Shown in pieces: positions 30,195-38,135 of a stretch of DNA of 38,135 bases (positions are counted from its first letter, which is position 1; every line of letters begins with the position of its first letter). The notes below the pieces were generated by a model. It saw only the letters and a program-made list of their open reading frames with translations. It was not told the DNA's origin and made no database searches. This DNA comes from Methanobacteriota archaeon. Lineage in GTDB: Archaea; Methanobacteriota; Methanobacteria; Methanobacteriales; Methanobacteriaceae. A program made the translations under genes and the position numbers. The DNA lies in the NCBI GenBank assembly GCA_023409695.1, contig JAEYQZ010000028.1, forward strand, positions 1 through 38,135. The letters are read 5' to 3'.

Positions 30195-31631
30195 TTAGAT
30201 GTAATAATCAAATATAAATATCGAAAGTGTAATTGACAGGAAAATAACAACATATGCAATTAAAATTAAATTCAAGTTATCACGAATAATTTTAACAACT
30301 GATTTATCTTTAATAACCAGTTTACTGTCTATTTTTTCATAATAATTATCAAAATCTCTTATTTTATATAGCAATAGGAAGAGAAGTGGGAATATGGGAA
30401 TGAAATATCTTCCTTGAATTCCATCTATGACATTCTGTCCAACAGGAGTCCATGTGATATACACAAGGGCACAGGCAGTAATGGCGTTAAGGATGAAAGT
30501 CGCTGCCGAGATTAATTTTTGGTTTCTTGTTATATTTATCCTACCTTTATCCAGTAAAGCTACAGGAATTATTGTAATTAAATAAAAACCTAACCACCAT
30601 GTAGGTAATGGGATATCCAGCCAGAAATTACCTACAAATAAAAATTGATAGGATAAGCCGCGGCTAATAAATGTATTTATCAGTAAGTATGGGAATCTCA
30701 AAGGATCTCCTAGAAGGTAGGCGATTTGGCCCGAAATAGATACTTGTGGTATAATAGGGGCATAAAGCCCGTTAACAATAAGATTCCAGATACCTACAGC
30801 TGCGACTACGATTAAAAATAAAGATCCTGTTACTAAAATCCTGTTTTTCCTGCTTCCAAATTTTCGTGCAGGAATAAGGAAGATCAAAAATAACAGTAGA
30901 ACATAATTACTTTTTGCAAGTCCAACCAGCAGGAGAAGTATACCTAAAATATAAACTTCTTTGATACCTATTTTCTTTTTATTATCATCGAATGCATATT
31001 TAAATAAAATTGCAATGATTAAAAAGGATATTCCCAGCAAAAAGCTGTCTGCGGAAAGTGACGCTGCTTCAAAAATCGTCATTGGAAGCAGTGCTAACAT
31101 AAAGAAAACCCATTTGTGGATAGGAGTTATTTTAATTGCTAAATATGTAAGAAAGACCCATACCAGCATGTTTGCTAATCTTCCAATGTACAGAAGTACC
31201 AAAGGGGCCAAATTAAACAGTTTACCCAGGTCTATGGCAAATGCAGATACCAAATATGGCACGGGAGAATAAGTAATTACTGCAATTCGGGAGATGTCTT
31301 CGAAGACCATGTTTTTGCTGTTAAACGGTGTGTGCAGAAGCGGTGTCAAATTTGTTTTGTTGTCTCTGTTTTGAAGAAAGGTGTACCATTCTTGATTAAC
31401 TGTATCTGATGTAACTTTCACGCTTTCGGGAACGTAAACTCCTGAGAGGTTGCCTAATTTTTCGGGTACTATGTGTCCTTCGCTTACATATAGTGACCTG
31501 TAGAAGTGTTCATATTCATCGGGAACTTGAAAAGCAGGAGTTGCAAGAAGGAAGCCTAACCCGTAGATTAATCCTATAATAAGAAATGCCGTTTGAGGGT
31601 TGATATCTCTGAAATTATTCATCATTGACAC
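30195..31631 (-). CDS. DUF2142 family polytopic membrane protein (putative GT-C glycosyltransferase)
   Basis: TPAFQVPDEYEHF (DE motif after TM1), YSPVPY, ASLSADS, GIQGRYFIP; multiple TM helices. Confidence 0.85.
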   Translation of the reverse strand: MSMMNNFRDINPQTAFLIIGLIYGLGFLLATPAFQVPDEYEHFYRSLYVSEGHIVPEKLGNLSGVYVPESVKVTSDTVNQEWYTFLQNRDNKTNLTPLLHTPFNSKNMVFEDISRIAVITYSPVPYLVSAFAIDLGKLFNLAPLVLLYIGRLANMLVWVFLTYLAIKITPIHKWVFFMLALLPMTIFEAASLSADSFLLGISFLIIAILFKYAFDDNKKKIGIKEVYILGILLLLVGLAKSNYVLLLFLIFLIPARKFGSRKNRILVTGSLFLIVVAAVGIWNLIVNGLYAPIIPQVSISGQIAYLLGDPLRFPYLLINTFISRGLSYQFLFVGNFWLDIPLPTWWLGFYLITIIPVALLDKGRINITRNQKLISAATFILNAITACALVYITWTPVGQNVIDGIQGRYFIPIFPLLFLLLYKIRDFDNYYEKIDSKLVIKDKSVVKIIRDNLNLILIAYVVIFLSITLSIFIFDYYI

Positions 31632-31752
31632 AGACTCGGAATTATTTTTTATTTAGATATGGAATTATCAAAAAATCGAGATTGATATATTTCCATGTTA
31701 ACCAATAAAAAGTTATTCTATTAACTCTCTAAAATATTTTTAGTGATACTGA

Positions 31753-32277
31753 TTAGGAACTGGAATTCATGAATTTAAATTTTTCAGGGTTTGCAGAGAT
31801 AATTTTATTTTCATTACTTTTATAAACTGAGATATCTTCTTTTAATTGATTTATGTGAGGATATAGATCAACAGGATTAACTTTTTCCTGCCCCTGATTT
31901 AGATCATTGTTTTTCTCTTGATTTAGATATATTTCAAAATCCAGTAATTTGGATGTAGTTTGTAACATAAGGATATCATTATTGATATAATCTTTATAAA
32001 TACTATTTGTATGGGCTAACGCGTTATTGTCTGCCTCTAGGGCTTTTAATATTTCATTTGAGCTCTTTTGGAGCATTATAACTGCGTTTGCATAATCATT
32101 TTTGTTCTCATAAACGCTTGCCTGCGCTGAATAATTATTAGCAGCTGTTTTATGAGTTAAGGATGTTTGTAAATATTCCTGAGTTTTTGAAAGGTTGTAC
32201 TGTTCATATCCGTAGTACCCACCTAATCCTATTACAATGATTAGTATAACAGTTAAAATTTTATATTTTTGGTTCAA
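31753..32277 (-). CDS. Hypothetical membrane-anchored/secreted helical protein
   Basis: TTG start after GAGGGA; basic N-terminus plus hydrophobic helix, then Asn/Gln-rich helical domain. Confidence 0.7.
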   Translation of the reverse strand: MNQKYKILTVILIIVIGLGGYYGYEQYNLSKTQEYLQTSLTHKTAANNYSAQASVYENKNDYANAVIMLQKSSNEILKALEADNNALAHTNSIYKDYINNDILMLQTTSKLLDFEIYLNQEKNNDLNQGQEKVNPVDLYPHINQLKEDISVYKSNENKIISANPEKFKFMNSSS

Positions 32278-32626
32278 AAAATCCCTCTATCTCTATAAAA
32301 ATCCAGTGCAACACTTTGATTAGTTTTTATGGCAATAATTATTTATAACTATATTGGCCCAGTTGTTATTAATATCAAAAACTAAAGAATTATAAAGAGC
32401 AATTATTTGAGAATATGCAGATTATAAAAATTTCAATCGTTAACTATATTTTAAAAACATGTTTAATATTAAGTTCAATAAATCAAAAAATTTAAACAAT
32501 ATTTTAAGATATTATTCGGGTTAATATGATTTAATTAAATTTCGACAAGAAGATAGTTTATAATATAAATTGAAACATATTGTCTATCTTCCAATATTTG
32601 AATTACAAATAATGCAGGTGTTATTT

Positions 32627-33598
32627 ATGAGTTCATCTAATGATAATAAAAAAGAATCGTTAATTAAGCTGGCTACAAATATTATGGGCCATAACCAATC
32701 TTTAGAAAGCTTTAATAAAGGTTTAGAACTTGTTGATGAAGCATTAGAATTGGATCCAGATTATGCTTTAGCATGGAATCTTAAAGGCAATGTGCTTATA
32801 GGGATGGCCGATCTTGAAGAGGGAATTAAATGTTTAGATAAGGCTATAGAATTAGACCCTAAATTAGCAGCTCCTTGGTACAGTAAAGCACTGGTTTATC
32901 AAAAGTTAGGTAACTATGAAGAAGCAATTGATTACTATGATAAATCTCTGGATTTAGGCTTTAAAAACTTTGAAAATCGCTATGTAGATATACACTTTAG
33001 AAAAGGGCTAATTTTAAACCAGATTGGGAGATATGAGGATGCAGTTGAATCATTCGATAAAATCCTGAAAATAAATCCATATAGTTTTGACGCGTTAGTT
33101 AGCAAGAGTTTAGCTCTGGGATTCCTTAATAAATATGATGAAGAGTTAGACTGCTTAGAAAAAGTTTTAGAATTGGATCCTGAAAATCCTATGCTTTGGG
33201 CTAATAAAGGTGCGGTTTTTAATGAACTTGGAAAGTTTGATGAAGCTCTTAAATGCACAGATAAAGCCCTTGAAATTCTTGAAGATAAAGGATTAGGGGT
33301 GCAGAATAAAAATCAAAACAAACAGATCACATGGCATGTCCGAGGAAACAGTTTTCTGGGCCTTAAAAAGTACGATGAATCCGTAAAAAGTTTTGATAAA
33401 TCTTTGAGACTATATTCTGAAGGAGATATGCCTCAAGTGTATATAGATAGTTTAATTGGGAAAGGCAGTGCTCTTGAGGGTCTTAATAAATTTGAAGAAG
33501 CTTTGGAGTGTTACAATAAAGCACTGAAATTGAGTCCTGATTCCGTGGCTGCTAAAAAAGGAAAAGAGGATATTTCAGCGTATAAATCTGAAAAATAA
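32627..33598 (+). CDS. Tetratricopeptide repeat protein
   Basis: About 8 TPR repeats (W..KG..L..LG.YEEA...YDKAL); ATG 32627 after AGGTG RBS. Confidence 0.9.
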   Translation: MSSSNDNKKESLIKLATNIMGHNQSLESFNKGLELVDEALELDPDYALAWNLKGNVLIGMADLEEGIKCLDKAIELDPKLAAPWYSKALVYQKLGNYEEAIDYYDKSLDLGFKNFENRYVDIHFRKGLILNQIGRYEDAVESFDKILKINPYSFDALVSKSLALGFLNKYDEELDCLEKVLELDPENPMLWANKGAVFNELGKFDEALKCTDKALEILEDKGLGVQNKNQNKQITWHVRGNSFLGLKKYDESVKSFDKSLRLYSEGDMPQVYIDSLIGKGSALEGLNKFEEALECYNKALKLSPDSVAAKKGKEDISAYKSEK

Positions 33599-33871
33599 TA
33601 ATAAAATTTTTCTTATATTTCCTGTAATAGATAAAAATTATAAAGATTGATTGGGAATATTAATCTTTAAAGAGTTCAGGAAAGGAACATAGTAATGATA
33701 TTATGATTTATGTTTCCTGAATTAAGTTAAATGGCTTGAAATTATAAAATTTTTAGCCCAACGTTGTATTTGAAAATTTAAAATAATGTAATTGTATAAT
33801 TACGAAATATAACAGCACAAGATAATTTAATTGAATAAATGAAAATTTTAACAGTTTTTAGGTGAAAAAAA

Positions 33872-34798
33872 ATGCTTGATCCATCTGATTTTATAAAGGA
33901 ATCAATTGAAGGAATTAAAAAACAAATAGGAGACGAAAAAGCAATAATAGCTCTCTCTGGGGGGGTAGATAGTTCTGTTGCGTCAGTATTAGTCTCTGAG
34001 GCGATAGGAGATAACCTCCTGGCAGTGTTTGTTGACCACGGCCTTTTACGTGAAGGGGAGGCAGAATACGTTAAAGAAACATTTGAGCCAAGACTCAATT
34101 TTGATTGTATCGATGCAAGTGATGAGTTTTTAAAGGAACTTGAGGGAGTAGAAGACCCTGAGGAAAAACGTAAAATTATAGGTGAAGTTTTTATAAGGGT
34201 CTTTGAAAGAGAGGCAGAAAAAGAAGGTGCTAAATTCTTAGTACAGGGTACAATTGCACCGGACTGGATAGAAAGTGAGGGAAAAATTAAATCCCACCAT
34301 AATGTAGCTTTACCTCATGGGCTAGTTTTAGAACTTGTAGAGCCTATAAGGGAACTTTACAAGGATGAAGTGAGAGTTATAGGAAGTGAAATGGGACTTC
34401 CAGATGAAATAGTTAACAGACAGCCATTCCCAGGCCCTGGACTTGCAGTCCGTGTTGTTGGAAAGTTAACTCCTGAGAAGATAGAAATCTGCAGAAAGGC
34501 TAATGCCATCGTAGAAGAAGAAGTTAAAAAAGAAGGGCTTGACGAAACACTCTGGCAGTACTTCGCAGTTTTAACAGATACTAAAGTTACAGGTGTTAAG
34601 GGAGATATAAGGGACTTTGGATACCTTGTAGTTTTACGTATGGTGGAATCATGGGACGCAATGACAGCCAATGTGCCTGAACTTCCATGGGAAATGATAA
34701 GGACAATTTCAGCACGGATTACTGCTGAAGTTTCTGAAGTAACTCACGTGGCTCTTTCAGTCAGTGATAAACCACCTAGCACTATTGAATTTGCATGA
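33872..34798 (+). CDS. guaAB: GMP synthase subunit B (ATP pyrophosphatase)
   Basis: [11 protein letters not shown]-loop, [27 protein letters not shown]. Confidence 0.96.
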   Translation: MLDPSDFIKESIEGIKKQIGDEKAIIALSGGVDSSVASVLVSEAIGDNLLAVFVDHGLLREGEAEYVKETFEPRLNFDCIDASDEFLKELEGVEDPEEKRKIIGEVFIRVFEREAEKEGAKFLVQGTIAPDWIESEGKIKSHHNVALPHGLVLELVEPIRELYKDEVRVIGSEMGLPDEIVNRQPFPGPGLAVRVVGKLTPEKIEICRKANAIVEEEVKKEGLDETLWQYFAVLTDTKVTGVKGDIRDFGYLVVLRMVESWDAMTANVPELPWEMIRTISARITAEVSEVTHVALSVSDKPPSTIEFA

Positions 34799-34843
34799 TC
34801 TAACTTAATTTATTTTTATTTTTTATTATTTTCAGGTTAAATC

Positions 34844-35284
34844 ATGTCAGAAAGGTTTAAAGAAATAATTACTCAAATTCCATTTGATCACAGTGATTTG
34901 AAGGTAGTTAACAGAAAAGAAAATCAACCTTTATTTGAGGAATTATTTGAGATCTATAAGAGTTCTAGCCCTTTAGAAAAGTCTTCTATAAATGAATTTG
35001 TTCAAAATGATAGAGATTTAAGTTACAAACTTGTTCATTGGATCCCTCCATGTTTAGAATCTGATCCAAAGCGTTATGTAATGTACCGGCTCATTTCAGC
35101 TTCAATCAGGGATGGAAGGCCGGATTTTCGTGATGATCTTCTTGAAATGGTGCATTTATGGGATTTTTTAGAAGAAAAAGGGTTAAATGCCCGGGAAATT
35201 TTTGAAGAAGCTATAAATATTAGTGGTTCTTTCCTTTTTGATCAAATTATGGATCCAAAGCGCAGGGAAGAGTTGAGATTTTAA
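34844..35284 (+). CDS. Hypothetical protein
   Basis: 146 aa ORF with AGGT RBS; no recognised motif. Confidence 0.65.
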   Translation: MSERFKEIITQIPFDHSDLKVVNRKENQPLFEELFEIYKSSSPLEKSSINEFVQNDRDLSYKLVHWIPPCLESDPKRYVMYRLISASIRDGRPDFRDDLLEMVHLWDFLEEKGLNAREIFEEAINISGSFLFDQIMDPKRREELRF

Positions 35285-35431
35285 TAATGGAAATTTTAGT
35301 ATTTGTTCAATAATTGAAGCAATTCTAACACATATTTAGTGTGGAATAACTAAAATATTATCCTTAATTTTTTAATAAATCGGATCATATCTAGTAAAAA
35401 AGGCAGTATTAAAGTTTAGTGCGTGAAATAA

Positions 35432-35911
35432 ATGAAACCAGACGAAATCACTCATGAAACCATGTTTAAAATGATGGTTCAATTCTTGAGGATCACAAAG
35501 AAGTTTAATGAACTGGAGAAGATGTCTATTGATGTTGGAATTGGGGAAAAACTTTATCCTTCTGAGTTTCATGTTATAGTAGCTGTTGGAAGCGGCTATG
35601 AAAATACTGTTACTGGGCTAAGTAAAAGACTTGAAATTACAAAGGGCGCTGTTTCGCAGGTTGTAAATAAACTTCAAGATAAAGGTTTCATAAATAAGGA
35701 ACGAAATAAAGATTATGGAAAGGAAATTATCTTATCTTTAACTGAAAAAGGGCAAAATGCATTTAAAATTCAGGATGATTTCCATAAAAAGATGGAAGAG
35801 GAGTTTATAAACCATTTAGAAATGTTTACTCCTGAACAAATTGACTCTTTTCTCCAGGTTTTACCTAAAATTGAAGAATATATCGATACATTTTTAAAGA
35901 ATAAAAAATAA
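35432..35911 (+). CDS. MarR family transcriptional regulator
   Basis: LYPSEFHVI, TKGAVSQVVNKLQDKGFI, LSLTEKG winged-helix pattern. Confidence 0.92.
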   Translation: MKPDEITHETMFKMMVQFLRITKKFNELEKMSIDVGIGEKLYPSEFHVIVAVGSGYENTVTGLSKRLEITKGAVSQVVNKLQDKGFINKERNKDYGKEIILSLTEKGQNAFKIQDDFHKKMEEEFINHLEMFTPEQIDSFLQVLPKIEEYIDTFLKNKK

Positions 35912-35925
35912 TATTTTTTTCATCA

Positions 35926-35948
35926 AACAGTTTAGCTACTAAACTGTT
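35926..35948. promoter_or_regulatory. Perfect 10-3-10 palindrome, probable MarR operator in front of the GNAT gene
   Basis: AACAGTTTAG-cta-CTAAACTGTT immediately before the GGAGG RBS; related half-site AAGTTTAG at 35412-35419 before marR. Confidence 0.65.
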
Positions 35949-35964
35949 AGGAGGAGATAATATT

Positions 35965-36528
35965 ATGTCCATAAAAACAGCAGTTAAAGATCATTTTTCA
36001 TATAGTCCGATTTCAAGGCATTTAAAGGAACATTTTGCTTATTTGCATGGATTTAATGATATAACATTAACATATCCGGATGAAAATCTTTTAATGAGGA
36101 AATTTGCAGCTCAAGATGTGGATAAATGTACTGAATTGTTTAAAGAAGTGTTTTCTGCATATCCTTGGTACGATAACTGGGTATCTTTTGAGCAGGCAAG
36201 AACCTATTTAACAGAATTAATTGAAAACCCTGTTTTTGAAGGATATGTTGCATATAACGGATTAAATATGGTAGCAGTTTGCTTTGGTCACAAGAGGTCC
36301 TGGTGGATGGGAAAAGAATTTTTCATAGATGAGTTTTATGTGAGAAATGAAAGTCAGGGAAATGGAATTGGAACCAGAATGATGGATTATATTAAAAAAC
36401 AGCTTATTGAAGAAGAATACACACGTTTGGTTTTATTAACCAATAAGGAGATACCTGCTGAGGAATTCTATATTAAAAATGGATTTTACAATAACCCTGA
36501 TAGGACAGTCATGCTTAAAGAGCTTTAA
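35965..36528 (+). CDS. GNAT family N-acetyltransferase
   Basis: FIDEFYV...QGNGIGT acetyl-CoA motif A, AEEFYIKNGF motif B. Confidence 0.88.
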   Translation: MSIKTAVKDHFSYSPISRHLKEHFAYLHGFNDITLTYPDENLLMRKFAAQDVDKCTELFKEVFSAYPWYDNWVSFEQARTYLTELIENPVFEGYVAYNGLNMVAVCFGHKRSWWMGKEFFIDEFYVRNESQGNGIGTRMMDYIKKQLIEEEYTRLVLLTNKEIPAEEFYIKNGFYNNPDRTVMLKEL

Positions 36529-36589
36529 AAAATAAAAAAATAGATTTTACAGGATATAACTTTAAAAAAATGGAAATAAGCTGTTTTTA

Positions 36590-37450
36590 TTAAAATAAAT
36601 CCGGATTTTTGATATTTAAGTTATCTTGGAAAGACATGGCAACTATTGGATTTGCAGCTACTTCAGGTATTCCTAAATCTTTTAAAACCCTCTTACAGAA
36701 TTCCATAGGATCTAAAGAGGGATTCATTTTGTTAATTTTTATAACTGACTCGTGAATGTTTTGAAGATAATCCAGAGCGTCATCCATAATTATGTATACA
36801 TTGTCATCTTTTTGAGGATCGTCCCATGAAGCTAGTAGCGTTTCAATTTTAGGGATGGACTTTAGTTTCTTAATTGAATTTACAGAGGTTTCAATATCCT
36901 CATAAATTGGCAGATCGCCTTTAAGTGGGATAGCATCTCCAGTAATTATAACTCCTTCTTCTTCTATTAAAATAGAAATAGAACCTTTTGAATGGCCAGG
37001 AGTATGGATAACTTTCAATCTAATATTCTCATCTAAATCAAGTACATCTCCATCTTCAAGAATTTTATCAACATCAACAGATCCTTCTACCAGCAAGTGG
37101 AAATTAGGTACAGGCCGTTCTTTTGCCTGTAATTCAACATCTTCAATCCACGGTATTTCACCTGAATGGGCTGCGATTTTACATCCTGATTTTGCCTTTA
37201 TTGACTTAGCTGATCCAATATGATCTGGATGTGAATGTGTTAAAATCATTAAGGAGATATCTTCAGGTTTTAAACCGATTTTCTCCATATAATCAAAGAT
37301 CACACCTTCGGAAGACACTACTCCACTGTCAATTAAGCATACATTTTCACCATGTATAAGATATGAGTAAACGAATCTGTCGAGTACTCCCAATTCCGTC
37401 TTAACCTGAAAAGGAATTTTTATTGCGTGGATTTGTTTTCTAATTTGCAT
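36590..37450 (-). CDS. MBL-fold metallo-hydrolase (glyoxalase II-like)
   Basis: LIDSG, THSHPDHIG, HTPGHS, TGDA; ATG 37450 after GGAG preferred to 37519. Confidence 0.88.
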   Translation of the reverse strand: MQIRKQIHAIKIPFQVKTELGVLDRFVYSYLIHGENVCLIDSGVVSSEGVIFDYMEKIGLKPEDISLMILTHSHPDHIGSAKSIKAKSGCKIAAHSGEIPWIEDVELQAKERPVPNFHLLVEGSVDVDKILEDGDVLDLDENIRLKVIHTPGHSKGSISILIEEEGVIITGDAIPLKGDLPIYEDIETSVNSIKKLKSIPKIETLLASWDDPQKDDNVYIIMDDALDYLQNIHESVIKINKMNPSLDPMEFCKRVLKDLGIPEVAANPIVAMSFQDNLNIKNPDLF

Positions 37451-37520
37451 ATTTTTGACTCCAAAGTGGTCTTTTAATCTATCTTCTGTATTCAATGAGA
37501 GTACATGTTTAAAATTCATT

Positions 37521-38078
37521 CTATTTATATTTTACTGCTGTTTTAATCCATTCCTCTGTGGACATAACTTTACTAAATCTCATGGCCTGTGTAATTAATA
37601 TAGCTTTATGTAGTTCTTCAGCATTAATTTCTCCAGCAGAGTTTGATATATCAAGTGTTCCTGTAGCATCACTTAAAAACTCAACATTAAAATCTAGATG
37701 CATAGCCTGTCTTGCAGTTGTATCGCAGCACATTTGAGTCATATATCCGCTGATTACAAGAGTATCTATATCGTTGTCTTCAAGCCAGGAACCTAGTTCT
37801 GTTCCTGTGAAGCTTCCTGGCAAATTTTTCTCTATGATTTTATCATATTCTCTTTTTAAGACTTCATCATGGATTCTATGTTCATCAGTACCTTTTTTAA
37901 AGGTAGCTGAATCTTTTCCAGGATTGGTATGTTGAATAAGAAGTACTGGAATATTATTTTCATTTGCAAAATCCATAACTTTAATAATATTTCCAAAGCT
38001 GTTTTCTGGATAGGTAACTGGTAATTTACCCGTAAAATATTCATTCTGTACATCTATTATAAGTAGTGCTCTTTTCAT
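37521..38078 (-). CDS. Isochorismatase family cysteine hydrolase
   Basis: [31 protein letters not shown] (Asp-Lys-Cys triad); ATG 38078 after GAGGG. Confidence 0.92.
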   Translation of the reverse strand: MKRALLIIDVQNEYFTGKLPVTYPENSFGNIIKVMDFANENNIPVLLIQHTNPGKDSATFKKGTDEHRIHDEVLKREYDKIIEKNLPGSFTGTELGSWLEDNDIDTLVISGYMTQMCCDTTARQAMHLDFNVEFLSDATGTLDISNSAGEINAEELHKAILITQAMRFSKVMSTEEWIKTAVKYK

Positions 38079-38135
38079 ATTTTCCCTCATTTTCTAATTT
38101 AATAAATAAAATTTAAAAATAGTATTTTATAGTTA

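Noticed and set aside
33675..33721. TTCAGGAAA...TTTCCTGAA inverted repeat upstream of guaAB as an island end or MITE
   Set aside because: Only 9 bp arms, with no matching copy seen at the guaAA side and no target-site duplication.
2386..34671. Numerous antisense/overlapping ORFs in the track (e.g. 2386-2853, 4911-5192, 9348-9731, 13921-14259, 16903-17190, 21776-22210, 34357-34671)
   Set aside because: They lie opposite or within well-supported genes, are Ser/Ile/Pro-rich mirror translations and show no family motifs.

Overview
AT-rich chromosomal segment of a methanogenic archaeon, most consistent with Methanobacterium (Methanobacteriales); this is inferred from gene content and order, not from a database hit. 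The first ~15 kb is conserved core: gar1-tfb, pyrH, aRF1, gfcR, hemC, cfbE, NAD kinase/IMPase, pdaD, aIF5A, agmatinase and a TIGR00300 protein. Next come a metal-homeostasis block (CbiXS/CfbA-like chelatase, P1B-2 ATPase, ArsR/SmtB repressor with its operator) and miscellaneous enzymes. The two GMP synthase subunit genes are separated by a ~6.4 kb block containing a GtrA / GT-C / UGM-like surface-glycosylation module. No rRNA, tRNA, CRISPR array or transposase was seen. The most interesting signals are non-coding or easy to miss. (1) A candidate ~280 nt metal-repressed small RNA at ~19270-19555 (minus strand): a TATA box flanked by three TTTAGG-N4-CCTAAA boxes, twin 17-bp stems whose four mismatches all become G-U pairs on the transcribed strand, and anti-Shine-Dalgarno motifs. 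(2) A dense array of ten short palindromes, several with C-GNA-G loops, upstream of hemC (REP/BIME-like). (3) Two independent ~80-90 bp triplications of promoter-like DNA. (4) A REC-HisKA_2 kinase lacking its phospho-acceptor His and carrying a ~47 aa insertion.
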